A stretch of DNA of 64,000 nucleotides from Octopus vulgaris. Lineage: Eukaryota. The notes under the pieces are model-generated. The model saw nothing but the letters and a program-made list of their open reading frames with translations, was not told the DNA's origin and made no database searches. Every line of letters starts with the position of its first letter. Within the stretch, counting starts at the first letter, position 1. The translations under genes and the position numbers were made by a program. The DNA is taken from NCBI GenBank assembly GCA_951406725.2, contig OX597836.1:32240001-32304000 (forward strand). Reading direction: 5' to 3'. Of this stretch, positions 11,274-23,634 are shown piece after piece.

Positions 11274-11442
11274 CACTAGCATAGCTAGAGTGAGTGCCGC
11301 CTAGGGCGGCCCTTCCGTTTTCCACCCCACCTCCACCAGACCCCACAAAAAACATATATTGCCTACGGCAGACCCAAAAGTGCCGCCCGGGACAGACCCC
11401 CATCTCCAAGGTAGACACCCTCCCCCCTCAGCTACGCTCGTG
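11274..11442. mobile_element. GC-rich hAT-like MITE
   Basis: Imperfect TIRs CACTAGCATAGCT ... AGCTACGCTCGTG; partially matching 8-bp flanks CGTACAGA/CGTGGAGG. Confidence 0.55.
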
Positions 11443-11690
11443 CGTGGAGGACTGTTTTAGCTTTATTTAGATATAAAACTCGATGGGGATACGTCAGATA
11501 ATCGTTCCGAAATATCAAAGTTAATTTTCACTTAGAAAAGATCATCATTTCTTCAAGATTTTTACACCATAAAAAAGAAAAATGTCTTGCTAAATCATCA
11601 TGGGTGTTGCCGATTCTGACCACGGTATGGCGAAAAAGCACAAAGCGAAAAGAGAGAATGCTTTTTGAACACGATTAATATTGATGCTAC

Positions 11691-11884
11691 GTCTGTCTTT
11701 ACGTTCTGAGTTCAAATTCCGCCGCGGTCGACTTTGCCTTTCATCCTTTCGGGGCCGATAAATTAAGTGCTAGTTGCGTACTGGGGGTCGATAAATTAAG
11801 TATCAGTTGCGTACTGGGGTCGATCTAATCGACTGGCCGCTTCCCCCAAAATTTTCAGGCCTTGTGCCTAGAGTAGACAAGAAG
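11691..11884 (+). mobile_element. 5'-truncated SINE with 14-bp target-site duplication
   Basis: GTCGACTTTGCCTTTCATCCTTTCGGGG core with an internal duplication; AATATTGATGCTAC at 11677-11690 and 11885-11898. Confidence 0.88.
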
Positions 11885-12439
11885 AATATTGATGCTACTT
11901 GTCAAACAGAAAGGCATTTCGGTAGACGAATTCAAGCTTCAGATATCGATTTTGATCCAAAATTTCAAGAAATGAACAAATTAATTGTTAAGTAAACATA
12001 TTTCTACGAGAATTTGCACTAAATTGAGTTAATTAGGGCGTCTAGAGTCTAAAATTAATTTGTAATCGTCGTATCGATAATGTTATTTATTCTCCATCGC
12101 TTTGTACCGAGCGACGTATGAATTTTGCACATTCTTCTTATACAAGTGAATTCCATATTTCTTAGAGAAATATTGGTCTATTTTCGTCAATAAAGATTAT
12201 ATAACACAATGAATATTATTTTGTCGGCTATTAAAGTCCGATGTGATGTTTATTTAATTTGTTTCTCCCAATTTTGAATACAGTCGAATGTTTATTTTGC
12301 CGTAATGTTTATACTTTCACAAGTGTTGATTTTCACTTTTGTATTTCGTAACGATTATCTGAACTATCGCCATCGAGATTTATATCAGATTTATATAAAT
12401 CTTAAAAAAAAATCCTCGGTAAATTTTTAATTTTCAGAG

Positions 12440-15400
12440 TAACACCCGAAAATTAATACTTTCGAAAATTAATAGCGATATCTGTTCAGAATATATAGGG
12501 ATTTGTTGGTACGGATTTTCCCGAAGGGTTGAGCAGACGATTTTCGGAAAATTCACACGACCAGACGACATTGTTTCCTCGTATCTTTCAATGAAATACT
12601 GCTATGCCATAGTCTCTATTAATTTATGAAATTCGAAGATAATTATCACCTGTGTGCGCTCAAGCGTATTGAACTAGATTGAGGGCTACCGTTTAATAGT
12701 AAAAAAAATAATTATAAATAAATAAAATTCGGGATAAACTTTGCGAATAAGTGGAAATAACGGGGTATTTGAGGGATCCTGACATCTTAGGTAAGTGTCA
12801 AATTTTCCTTAACATTATATGGGAACAAAATTCACATTCAGAACTCAAATGATTTGTAATTTTCTAAGGAAAATTGTTAATGGGGTACTAAAAATGGGTT
12901 TTTGCGTGTTTTTTTACGTGTGACCGTAGAGAAAATTCATTTTTATACCCCGTATCGGTGTATCGAAACAGCTCCCTGCAGATAACGGATCTCGATGTAA
13001 CCATGTCTGAATATGCATGAAATGCTTGCAATAGCTGTAATTTAATTTAATTATTTGTAAGGCTGAGCTTCGGATCAAGGACGCCCACATAATTCCAATT
13101 TTCTCCGTTTTGCTGGAGATTTTGCTCAGTTTGTTTTTCGCCGCAAGCCTTGATAATGAAGAACGGAAGCTTTTTATGAAACAAAATTTTTTTTAAATCT
13201 GACATTTTACCCCAGCACCTGTCAGAACCGATTTCGCCCAATTTTTTTCTTCTTTTCTTTTTGGTACTAGGCGCTTACAAAGCAATGGGAGAAAAGCCTT
13301 TATAATGGGGAAAAGATTATGAAAATATTTTGAGACATAAAAGTATGTGATTTAATGAAAATTTAGCTGCTGTTTCTACCAGGTTTGCGTGGAATGTATT
13401 AGAAACAGCAGCTAAATCTCCCTTAAATCACATACCTTTTCGTCTCAAAATATTTTCATAATTTTTTTCCTACTATAAAGGCTTCTCTAATTGCTTAGTG
13501 CCAAACAAATTGACTTAAATCTATTCGGAGTAGGCGGGGAGTCATAAACTTTCCAAATTTTTTTTTTCATAAAATGCTTCCCTCCGCCGTCATTTCCAAA
13601 GCCATGGTGAGAAAAGCAATGGGAGAACCCTTTATAATGAGGAAAAAATTATGAAAATATTTTGAGACATAAAAGTATGTGATTTAATGAAAATTTAGCT
13701 GCTGTTTCTACCAGGTTTGCGTGGCGATGTACTAGAAACAGCAGCTAAATCTCCCTTAAATCACATACATTTTCGTCTCAAAATATTTTCATAATTTTTT
13801 TCCTACTATAAAGGGTTCTCTAATTGATTTTCAAGTGCTTAGTGCCAAACAAATTGACTTAAATCTATCCGGGGCAGGGGGAAGTCATAAACTTTCCAAA
13901 ATTTTTTTTCATAGAAAGCTTCTCCCCTCCATCATTTCCAAAGCCGTGGTGAGAAAACAAAATGGGGGAAATCACCATCTTAACGGAGAAAATCCGAATT
14001 CGGTTGGCGTCCTGATCCGAAATTCTGCAATTCTGCAATTCTGCAATTATGATAGCAATTTTTAATAGTTCAATTAAAATTCTATAGAAACGCTGTCATG
14101 TCCTAAAATCTCATGATTTATTTATCTCCTCCATACGTACTACAAATGGGCTAAACTTCTATGTTCGTGTGGCTTGTAGTTTTGGATTTAGCTTGGTCTG
14201 AAAGCGCTGCAAAAAATCAACCATTTGTTACACACAACAAAATAATCTTTACATAAATATTTAAAATATTGCCAAAAAATGTTTTCTTTCCAAGAATCAG
14301 AAAAAATTAATCAACTACTATACCATGGTCCCTATTAATTTGTGTAATTTGAAGCTAATTATCACCTGAATTTCAAAGATACGACATTGCAAGAATAGCT
14401 ACTTGTTCTTTTTTGGAAATTAGGCAAAATTTTTCGACCATTTATTTTACTAACCATTCAAATTGTCTTATTTCCTGAGAAATATTCATCCAAATTTCAC
14501 AAATGGAGTATCAAAATGTTTCTTTTTGGAAGCTAAGAAAAAGTACAGTAGAAATTACATTTAAATACTTTCGAAAATTAAGTGAAATCTATTCAGAGTA
14601 CATAGGGATTTGTTGGAAAGGATTTTCCTGAGGGGTTGGGTAGACGAGTTTTGGAAAATTCACATGACCCGACATTGTTTCCTCATAACTTTCAAGAAAA
14701 TGCTTATCTTTCAATGAAATTTTATACAAATATCTTTCAAGCGGCATAGATTATGATTATTAAGGAATTTGTTGGGAAATTTTTTTCCAAGGGTGTGGGA
14801 AGAGAAGTTTCAGATCACAAAGCCCACATAATTTGGAATTTCTCCGTTTGACAGGGAATTTTCCAATTTTTTTTCTATCAAGTCTTTCGAAATAATGGGG
14901 TGCATCTTTTTATGAAAACATGTTTTGAAAATGTGATCTTTTTTCACTTCACCAACAGCCACTCCTCCCCCACTCCAGACCGATTTTAGCCTTTTTTTCT
15001 TTTTACTATGCACTTAAAAATCCTTTTAAGAAGCCTTTTTGTTAAAAAAAAAAAATTTGCAAATATTTTCAGAGGAAAAAGTATGATAGTTAATGAAATT
15101 TGGCTGTTGTTTCTAGCACATCCCAAGACCACCTTCCTCGTTTCTTTCTCACCTTCACATGTATTATTAATGTTTGTCAATATTTTTTCTCTCCATAATG
15201 ACATGTTTTAAATCACTGTGGATAACTCCCAACATAACACCCCTCCATTATTACGCCAAGGTAAAAAAAAAAAAAAAATTTGAAAAAACCCTGTTGAAAC
15301 AGAAATTCCAACTTAAGTAGGCTTCCCAATCTAAAACTCTGGTTTTCTGAAACTTCTCTCCCCACCCTCTCGGAAAAAAATTTCCCAACAAATTCTTTTA

Positions 15401-15600
15401 TAACCATACTCTATACGATTTGAAAGGTATTTGTATAAAATTTCATTAAATAATACCCATTTTTCTGAAAGTTGTGAGGAAAAACATTCCAGTTGTGTGA
15501 ATTTTCCAAAACTCCTTTCCCCATTCCCTCGGAATATACATTTTGGATCTACAAGAACTAAGCAGTATTTGTTGAAAATCTCATTAAAAAGTATCCATTG
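12440..15600. repeat. Fold-back mosaic of 150-200 bp modules in direct and inverted orientation
   Basis: 12450-12600 resembles 14560-14700; 14625-14813 is inverted to 15346-15532; 13070-13220 is inverted to 13870-14022 and direct to 14808-14960. Confidence 0.75.
13281..13825. repeat. Two tandem copies (~335-bp period) of a ~200-nt hairpin with ~90-bp arms
   Basis: TTATGAAAATATTTTGAGAC...GTATGTGATTTAA...ATTTAGCTGCTGTTTCTA paired with TAGAAACAGCAGCTAAAT...TTAAATCACATAC...GTCTCAAAATATTTTCATAA, at 13290-13488 and 13623-13820. Confidence 0.9.
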
Positions 15601-16002
15601 TGAGACTACAAAGTCAGGGTGGGAGGTACACATCTGTAGAAATGCCGTTTGTACATTTAAAATCTCTCTAATGTTGAAGTTTGGAACATGTCCCTCCAGG
15701 ATTTTCCATACATATATGATTGTAAATTTCTCTCTTCAGCATTCAAGAGTGGAGAAACACAAAGCTTTCAGGCATTCCAAATAATTAAAACTTTGTAACC
15801 ATTCAGTTTCTTCTCCAAGACACGTGTATGTGTTTATGTGTATACATATATATGTAAGAATTAAGCAAGCCAGAACACCAAATTTCAGAATGCGAAAAAT
15901 GTAAATAAACCATTAGAATAAAATAGATTTCTGCTGTAAGAGGTTAGCAGTTCTGATACTGCATTCCTGCTTAATGATTACCTTAAGGATATTCCAAGGA
16001 TA

Positions 16003-16229
16003 GTGAAGGCGCATGGCTCAGTGGTTAGAGTGTCGAGTTTACGATCGTGAGGCTGTGAGTTTGAATCCCGGACCGGGCTGTGTGTTGTGTTCTTGAGCAA
16101 GACACTTTATTTCACGTTGCTCCAGTTCACTCAGCTGTAGAAATAAGTTGCGACATCACAGGTGCCAAGCTGTATCATCCTTTGCCTTTCCCTTGTATAA
16201 CAATGGTGGCATGAAGAGGGGAGGCCGGT
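16003..16229 (+). mobile_element. 3'-truncated tRNA/CORE-like SINE flanked by a 28-bp direct repeat
   Basis: TGGCTCAGTGGTTAGAG A box; CTTGAGCAAGACACTT; TGATTACCTTAAGGATATTCCAAGGATA at 15975-16002 and 16230-16257. Confidence 0.85.
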
Positions 16230-18184
16230 TGATTACCTTAAGGATATTCCAAGGATATGAAGTCAGGAAATACTAAGCTAAACTAACCAAGATATATGTG
16301 TGTGTATGTATGTAATATATATATATAATGAATTTATTGTATACAGTGCTCAGATACACTACAGTGCATCGGAAAAGGAAACAAAAAGTGCATGCACGGT
16401 ACATAGAATAAAGCACAAATGCTCAAAATGGGAGGAAAGTGAACTTAGAATGCATCACTAAAAAAAGGAACATCAGGCATAGTGTTGGCTAATTTCAGTA
16501 AGCATGTGTGTGTGTGTGTGTGTGTGCGCGTGGCTGTGTGGTTAAGAAGCTTGCTTTTCTACAATATGTTTACAGGTTCAGTTCCACTGTGTGGCATCTT
16601 GGGAAAGTGTCTTCTATTATAGCCCCACATCAATAATACTTTGAGAGTGAATTTGATGGATGGAAACTGTGTGGAAGCCCATCATATATATATACATATA
16701 TATATAAACACATAGATGTATGTGCATATATATATATATATATATATGTAATATGTACACGCACGCACATATACACATGTATATATAAATATATATACAT
16801 ATACACACATACATGCACATATGTATTTGTGTCATTCTTTGTACTTGTGTTTGTCTGCACCGCCACCACTTGAGAGTAGGTGTTGGTTTGTTAATCTCCT
16901 TGTAAATACCAAACTTAAAAAATAAGTATTGGGGTCAATTTGTTCAACTAAAACTCATCAAGGTACTTACTGCCCCAGCATCACTGCAGTCCAATGATTG
17001 GAACAAATAAAAGATCAAACACTAGGCACAGACGTGTAGCTATGTGGTAAACGTGCTTCACAAATACATGGTTCTAGGTTAAGTCCCACTGTGTGGCACC
17101 TTGGGCAAGTGTCTTCTACTATAGCCTCGGGCCGACCAAAGCCTTGTGAGTGGATTTGGTTGATGGAAACTGAAAGAAGCTCATTGTATATATATATATA
17201 TCATCATCATCATCATCATGCTAGCCTAGGTGGGCCAGTTTCAGAAGAGCCAGCCAGGCAGAAGCCTACACCAGGCTTCTGTGACTGTTTTGGCAGGATT
17301 TTTACAGCTGGATGCCCTTCCTAACACCAACCACCCAACAGAATGGACTCAGTGCTTTTTACATGGTACAAGCACAGGCGAGGTCAGTTTTGGCAAGGTT
17401 TTTACAGCGGGATGCCCTCCTGAACACCGACCACTTTACGGTGTGTACTGGGTACTTTTAAGTGGAACCTGCACTGACAGGGTCACCAAGTAACTTGCAA
17501 GACCAAAAAATAAAGTCTGTGTCTGTATTTGTCCCCTCATCACCACTTGACAACTGGTGTTGGTGAGTTTATGTTTACGTAACTCAGCGGTTCAGCAAAA
17601 GAGGCTGATAGAATATGTACTAGACTTAAAAAATAAATCCTAGGGTCGATCTGTTCGACAAAACTCTTTCAGAGTGGTGCTTCAGCATGGCCACAGTCAA
17701 ATGATTGATACAAATATAAGAATAAAAGAATACAATACAATCACATACAAACTGTAATATTGAAACTGAATAGGTTTAAAAGATAATTGAAAAGCGGGCG
17801 TGAGCTTTCATCTCAGATTTCATTACTTAGTGAAGCAATTTGCCATCACTTGGATCTCTTCATTTCTATATTGATAAAGGTATAAATACATTAAAATAAT
17901 GAAAATGATTATTAACTGGGTATTAATAAATATTTCAATCTTTTATCATTTTATGTTTTGCTTGTTGCAGTCATTGGACTGCAGCCATATTTCAAATGAA
18001 GGGTTTCATTCAAATAAATTGACCCCAGTAATTATATATCTTTCTTTTTGAAGCCTTGTATTTAATTCTATCAATCTCTGATGCTGGTTAACTAAATTAT
18101 GGAGATGTAAATAAACCAACACCAGTTTTCAAATGGTGGTGTCAGATGCATATATATATATATATATACATACATATGTATATA

Positions 18185-18401
18185 TGAGGGTATGTTGAAA
18201 AGTTCCTGGCTTTAAGGGTATCATGAAAGGCCTGGCTGGAAGCTCAACCTTTCAAGTTCTTTTACAGGGCTTAGAAAAGATGAAGGATTGCTGCAATTAG
18301 TGTGTGAAACTTAGAGAGGGAATATATTGGATAAAATAATTAACTGATCCTCCTGTATTTTCTTTTACTCGAAGCCAGGAACTTTACAACACTCCGCCTC
18401 A
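18185..18401 (+). mobile_element. Mariner-derived MITE
   Basis: TIRs GAGGGTATGTTGAAAAGTTCCTGGCTT / AAGCCAGGAACTTTACAACACTCCGCCTC with TA flanks. Internal LQGLEKMKDCCN*CVKLR resembles a mariner transposase C-terminus. Confidence 0.8.
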
Positions 18402-18496
18402 TATGTATATATATATATGAAAGAAAAAAGGTGTTCAGAATGCTGGATGGTTGTAAAAATATATATTTATTTACATATCACATATTATTTCTTCAT

Positions 18497-18534
18497 ATTT
18501 GCGCTTTCAACTACTCCTGTAGTTTCATCAGAAT
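18497..18534 (-). ncRNA. Hammerhead-like motif lacking the cleavage-site U (probably inactive)
   Basis: ATT-CTGATGA-AACTAC agga GTAGTT-GAAA-GCGC-AAAT: perfect core and stem II, palindromic GCGC, U16.1 missing. Confidence 0.5.
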
Positions 18535-19156
18535 GGGAATGGTGGTGCCCCAGCATGGCCACAGCTCGTGAGCTGAAACTAGATAAAATAAAATAAAAAA
18601 TAAAATAAATATATACTTTTACAACCAATCTGTACATCACCCCCAATACTTCTAACATATATATAATATATATACATAAGGTAACAAGCAAAGGAAAAAA
18701 TTCTCACTGGTACGTCGGTTGAATACCACATAAATATGGGTATAATGTAAATTACAAACAATAAATTAAATCGAGAGATACAATTGACAGTCCAAAACTT
18801 TATTTATATTATGATATAACATTATATACTATGAATAAGGTCCTTCATAAAGTCCTTCCTGGGTGGGACCGGAATGTCTTTCAATGATATGTTTATAGGT
18901 AATTTCTCCATTATACTTTTGAAAAACCATACAGCATTGCTCAGGTAATATAGCAATATGTAAGGTAACAAGCAAAGGAAAAGAATGTGATTTATATATA
19001 AGGGGATTGAATTGTTTACATATCAAAAAATGTATATAAGTCAAAACAAATTGTTGGCTTTTATTAGTTGTTTATGGTATATTATATTGTATTCATAGTA
19101 TTTTATGTTATATTATAATATAGATTATTGGATTCTCAATTATATCTCTCTATTTA

Positions 19157-19203
<47 letters not shown>

Positions 19204-19249
19204 GTATATGTATTTATATATATATGAACATCAATGGAATTTGTATCTT

Positions 19250-19700
19250 TGTGGACCAGTGCCGGTGGCACACAAGAAAATCATCCGAACGTGGCCGCAG
19301 CCAGTACCGCATAGACTGGCCTCCGTGCTTTGGGGACGTAACAAACACCATCCGATCGTGGCCGTCCGCCAGCCTCATCTGGCACCTGTGTCGGTGGCAC
19401 ATAAAAACACCATCCGAGCGTGGCCGTCTGCCAGCCTCGTCTGGCACCTGTGTCGGTGGCACATAAAAACACCATCCGAGCGTGGCCGTTCGCCAGCCTC
19501 GTCTGGCACCTGTGTCGGTGGCACATAAAATCACCCACTACACTCTCGGAGTGGTTGGCGTTAGGAAGGGCATCCAGCTGTAGAAACACTGCCAGATCTG
19601 ACTGGCCTGGTGCAGCCTTCGGGCTCCCCAGACCCCAGTTGAACCGTCCAACCCATGCTAGCATGGAAAACGGACGCTAAATGATGATGATGATGATGAT
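19250..19700 (+). mobile_element. Young RTE-type 3' UTR with three tandem 62-bp repeats and (TGA)n tail
   Basis: CACCATCCGAGCGTGGCCG...GGTGGCACATAAAAA at 19346, 19408 and 19470, followed by GTGGTTGGCGTTAGGAAGGGCATCCAG...TGATGATG. Confidence 0.8.
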
Positions 19701-19845
19701 GATTTATATATACATGATGGACTTCTTGTTCCCAAAATTAGGAACTTTTAAACACCTCATATATTTGTGTGTGTGTGTGTTTCTATCTACCTATCTATCT
19801 ATCCATCTATCTATCCATTTATCTATCTATCTATCTATCTATCCT

Positions 19846-19879
<34 letters not shown>

Positions 19880-21759
19880 TAAACATATGAATGATTGGTT
19901 TCCTTCAGTTTCTGTCAACAAAATCTACTCACAAGGCTTTGATTGGCCTGACGCTATGGTGGGAGACACTTTCGCAAGATGCCCCACTGTGCAACTGAAC
20001 CCAGAATCACAAGGTTGGGAAGCCAGCTTCTCGCCACACAACCACTCCTGCACCTACAATACTAATGATAAATCAATAAATAACGAACCAATCAACGTTG
20101 TGCACTCAACGGCAGTTATCTTAGGATTGAGTGGAAGTTTCTGGTTAGACAAGTCCTTGACATTGTTTCCGATCCTTGTTGAAGTCTCATTACACTTCAC
20201 TTAGCACATCACTCATATTGCCAGACTTCATTTAATCATGCTTGATGTTATGTCACCGTTTCCTCCTTTGAGAAAAGTTTGAACATCACATATCTTATTT
20301 TCAGTCTGAGGCCTTGTCTTTATATCACAAATCAATATTATCAAGTGCTCTTTGAATCTTACTTAATGTCTTTCAACTTTAAAAAAAATCATTATTTTGT
20401 TTTCATTCTTTTTGTCTTTTGTGTTTAGGTTTAAGGTTCATATATCTTTACTTTATTAACCCTTCTATAACCATGTTTATAACGAAACACGCTGTTCATA
20501 TGTTCAATTCATTGAGAATTTGGAGGGCGTAGGAGTGGCTGTGTGGTAAGTAGCTTGCTTACTAACCACATGGTTCCGGGTTCAGTCCCACTGCATAGCA
20601 GTGTCTTCTACTATAACCTCGGGCCGACCAAAGCCTTGTGAGTGGATTTGGTTGACGGAAACTGGAAGAAGCCTGTTGTATATATGTATATATATTCACT
20701 CTAATCACATCCTACCATCTTGAAAAAGGAAATGGTATGTTGGACTATCCAGTCTTTGATATCCTTAAAATATAATTATTCCTAGCTTTATATGCTTCAA
20801 GCTCCACTGTTCCAAATAAAATTTGATAGTCCATCTATTGATTCTTTCAAATATTGTTTCACCCTTGCCAAGTTATGTATTTACTAATTGATTTAACTTG
20901 TCAAAGTTTTGGTGTGTAACCAGCTCCTATTCTTTTCGTACTTCATTTTTTTATTATTTGCATTAATGTCTGTATGGCTAGAAAGTCTATTTTAGTGATC
21001 ACTGGTAGAGCAATTTCCTCAGTTTCTGATCTTTACCCTGTTTTCATGACTTATATCTTAGTTTTCACTGAACATTATATGACATATAACAGAATCTGCA
21101 GATTTTCTGTGTTAAGATAATATTATTGAATCTACTAAATTAAGTTGCAATCTTATTTTATGAGAATGTTTCAGAACATACAGATGTTGATTTACTCTTT
21201 ACTAAATTACTTCTTTAATTGCATATCTGTTGAGTGGAAACATAACCGCTTTTAGCATAAGATGATTAGAAGGAGCCTTTCTTTGGTCAGGATTTCTGCT
21301 AGACATAGCAGCCAAATTTTTCTCATATCATACTGTACTTCACCATCATCATCATCATCATCATCATTTAACTTCCATTTTCCATGCTGGCATGGGTTGG
21401 ATGGTTTTACAGGAGCTAACCAGCTGAAGGGTTTTTCAGGCTCCCTGTCTGTTTCAGCATGGTTTCTATGGCTGGATGCCCTTCCTAACGCCAACCACTT
21501 TATGGAGTATACTGGGTACTTTTACAGAGCACCAGCATGGGGGCTTTTTACATGGCACTAGCAGCACCTATGAGCCTGCAAGATTAGAGATGCTCAGCTG
21601 GAGAGGGCTCCAGGGGACAAGCCTATATGTATGAACAACCATACTTTTACTTAGCTTGACATGTCTTTTCAAGCACAGCAAACTGCAAGGGGTCTCGATC
21701 CCCTGTCATCCTCTCTGTGAGTCCCAAAATCTGTAGACTCTTTCTCCCTACTGAAAATT

Positions 21760-22306
21760 AGAATTGGTGTCTTCTGCAAGTCATGCTGCTGCAATAATCT
21801 TGACATATCTCAACAAACAATAGTTTCAGACATGACATTCCTCAATAAAAGATAGACTAAGATATAGGACTGCTTTCCACAGTTAAGGGCAACAAAATTT
21901 TGAGTGGCTGCATCTGACATCCACAGAAAAAGGGTTAAACTTAAGTAGGAGACATTGGATAATGTGGTCCTGAGTTCAGTGTCTCAAAAAAGTAGGACAG
22001 TCGTGGTTGGAATGTCTTTGATCACAAGTTTGATGAGGTACCTTAAATTTCATGGTTATTCCAGTAAAGATGTTAAATATCTACTAAAAAAGTAGAATTG
22101 CTATTTTCTACAAGTCATGTTGTCTCAATAAACCTGATAAATAGGTTCAGGTGTGGCTGTTTGGTAAGAAGCTTGCTTCCCAACCACATGGTTTCAGGTT
22201 CAGTCCCACTTGGGTAAGTGTATTTTACTATAGCGTCGGGCCAACCAAAGCTTTGTCAGTGGATTTGGTAGTTTGGTAGACAGAAACTGAAAAGAAACTC
22301 ATCATA

Positions 22307-22351
<45 letters not shown>

Positions 22352-22700
22352 GTATATATGTGTGTGTTTGTGTATATGTGTCCCATTCCCATATCGCTTC
22401 ACAACTGGTGCTGGTGTGTTTATGCCCCCATAACTTAGCAGTTCAGTGAAAAAGACCGATAGAATAAGTACCAGACTTAAAAAAAAAAAAAAGTACTGGA
22501 ATTGATACATTCAACTAAAAATTCTTGTAGGTAGTGCCCCAGCATGGCCACAGTCTAATGACTGAAACAAATAAAAGATAAAAGATATCTCAATAAAAAA
22601 TGGCTTCAAGCATGACAATCCTCAACAAAAGATAGATTGGTATATAAAGCTACTTTCTGTGGTTAAGGGTAATGAAATTTTGAGTGAATAGTTACTTTTA
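21760..22700 (-). repeat. Inverted copy of the MITE+spacer tandem unit at 55244-56132, interrupted by a SINE
   Basis: CTTGACATATCTCAACA...ATTTTGAGTGG...AAAAGGGTTAA...GTAGGAGACATTGGATAATG is the reverse complement of the 55-56 kb unit. Confidence 0.7.
22143..22587 (+). mobile_element. Composite CORE-like SINE
   Basis: Same family as 4340-4745. Further copies at ~16525-17730, 20527, 23350, 41600-42185, 43990-44580, 51840 and 58010. Confidence 0.85.
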
Positions 22701-22768
22701 CTTTCACTTTCATTGGTTTTAGCCAGAGGCTGAGGCTGTGCTGGAGCACCACTTTTAACTAAAGCCTT

Positions 22769-22887
22769 TGCTTCCAGCATCTAGATTTCCCAAGTAGCCA
22801 CTCATCTAATTACTAACGAGGCTTGATGTTGCTTGACTTCAGTGATCGGACAAGTACCAATGTTTTCAATGTGATATGTCCACCTGA
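22769..22887 (-). pseudogene. Decayed 5S rRNA copy
   Basis: Minus strand CATATCACATTGAAAACATTGGTACTTGTCCGATCACTGAAGTCAAGCAACATCAAGCCTCGTTAGTAATTAGATGAGTGGCTACTTGGGAAATCTAGATGCTGGAAGC aligns colinearly with metazoan 5S rRNA, with many C>T and G>A changes. Confidence 0.85.
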
Positions 22888-23634
22888 TTTACACAGCAAA
22901 AGGGTTTGTCAAGCAGATTTAAGTACAAAAGTATCACAGCTGCAGCTATCTCATTCTTTTATCTTATTTGCAGGGAACCCAGATGCACATTATATGACAT
23001 AGATTTCTATGACTACTGGATGTAATTTAAGAAAGATTTAGCTGCTATTTCCAGCACATGGAGTGACCACATAGGCATTCACATGTTTGCCAATCAACAT
23101 GATTGATGATTGGAAGTGCTATTTGCTACAAAACAATTTCAGAAAATAAACACAATTGTCAACTAATTGTCATGTTAACAAATGTCATGGAAAGATATTT
23201 CTTTCTGAAATTATTTCTGTTATTTTTAATTGAAGAATTAGTTTTATGCAAAGCTGTTGAAGTGGAATAGCCACTAGGATTTAGGATTTAATTACTATGG
23301 TAGCACACTTGAGTTTAAATTTTCTCCAAGTATTTTGCTATGCTTAAGCATGAAAGTGGTTGTGTGGTGAGAAGTTTGTTTGTCAATTACCTGGTTTGCG
23401 GTTCTGTCCCACTGTGTGGTACCTTGGGCAAGCATCTTCTACTATAGTTCTAGGCCAACCAAAGCCACATGAGTGAATTTGGCTGGCAGAAACTGAAAGA
23501 AGCCCATCGTATGTATGTGTGTGTGTGTGTGTGTGTATAAAAAACCCTGTGTTTTAGAAAAACATAAATTTGGAGAAGAAGAACACTCTAAGAAGTAGAG
23601 CTGTCTATATTTATTACTGGTGAATGCCAGTAAA

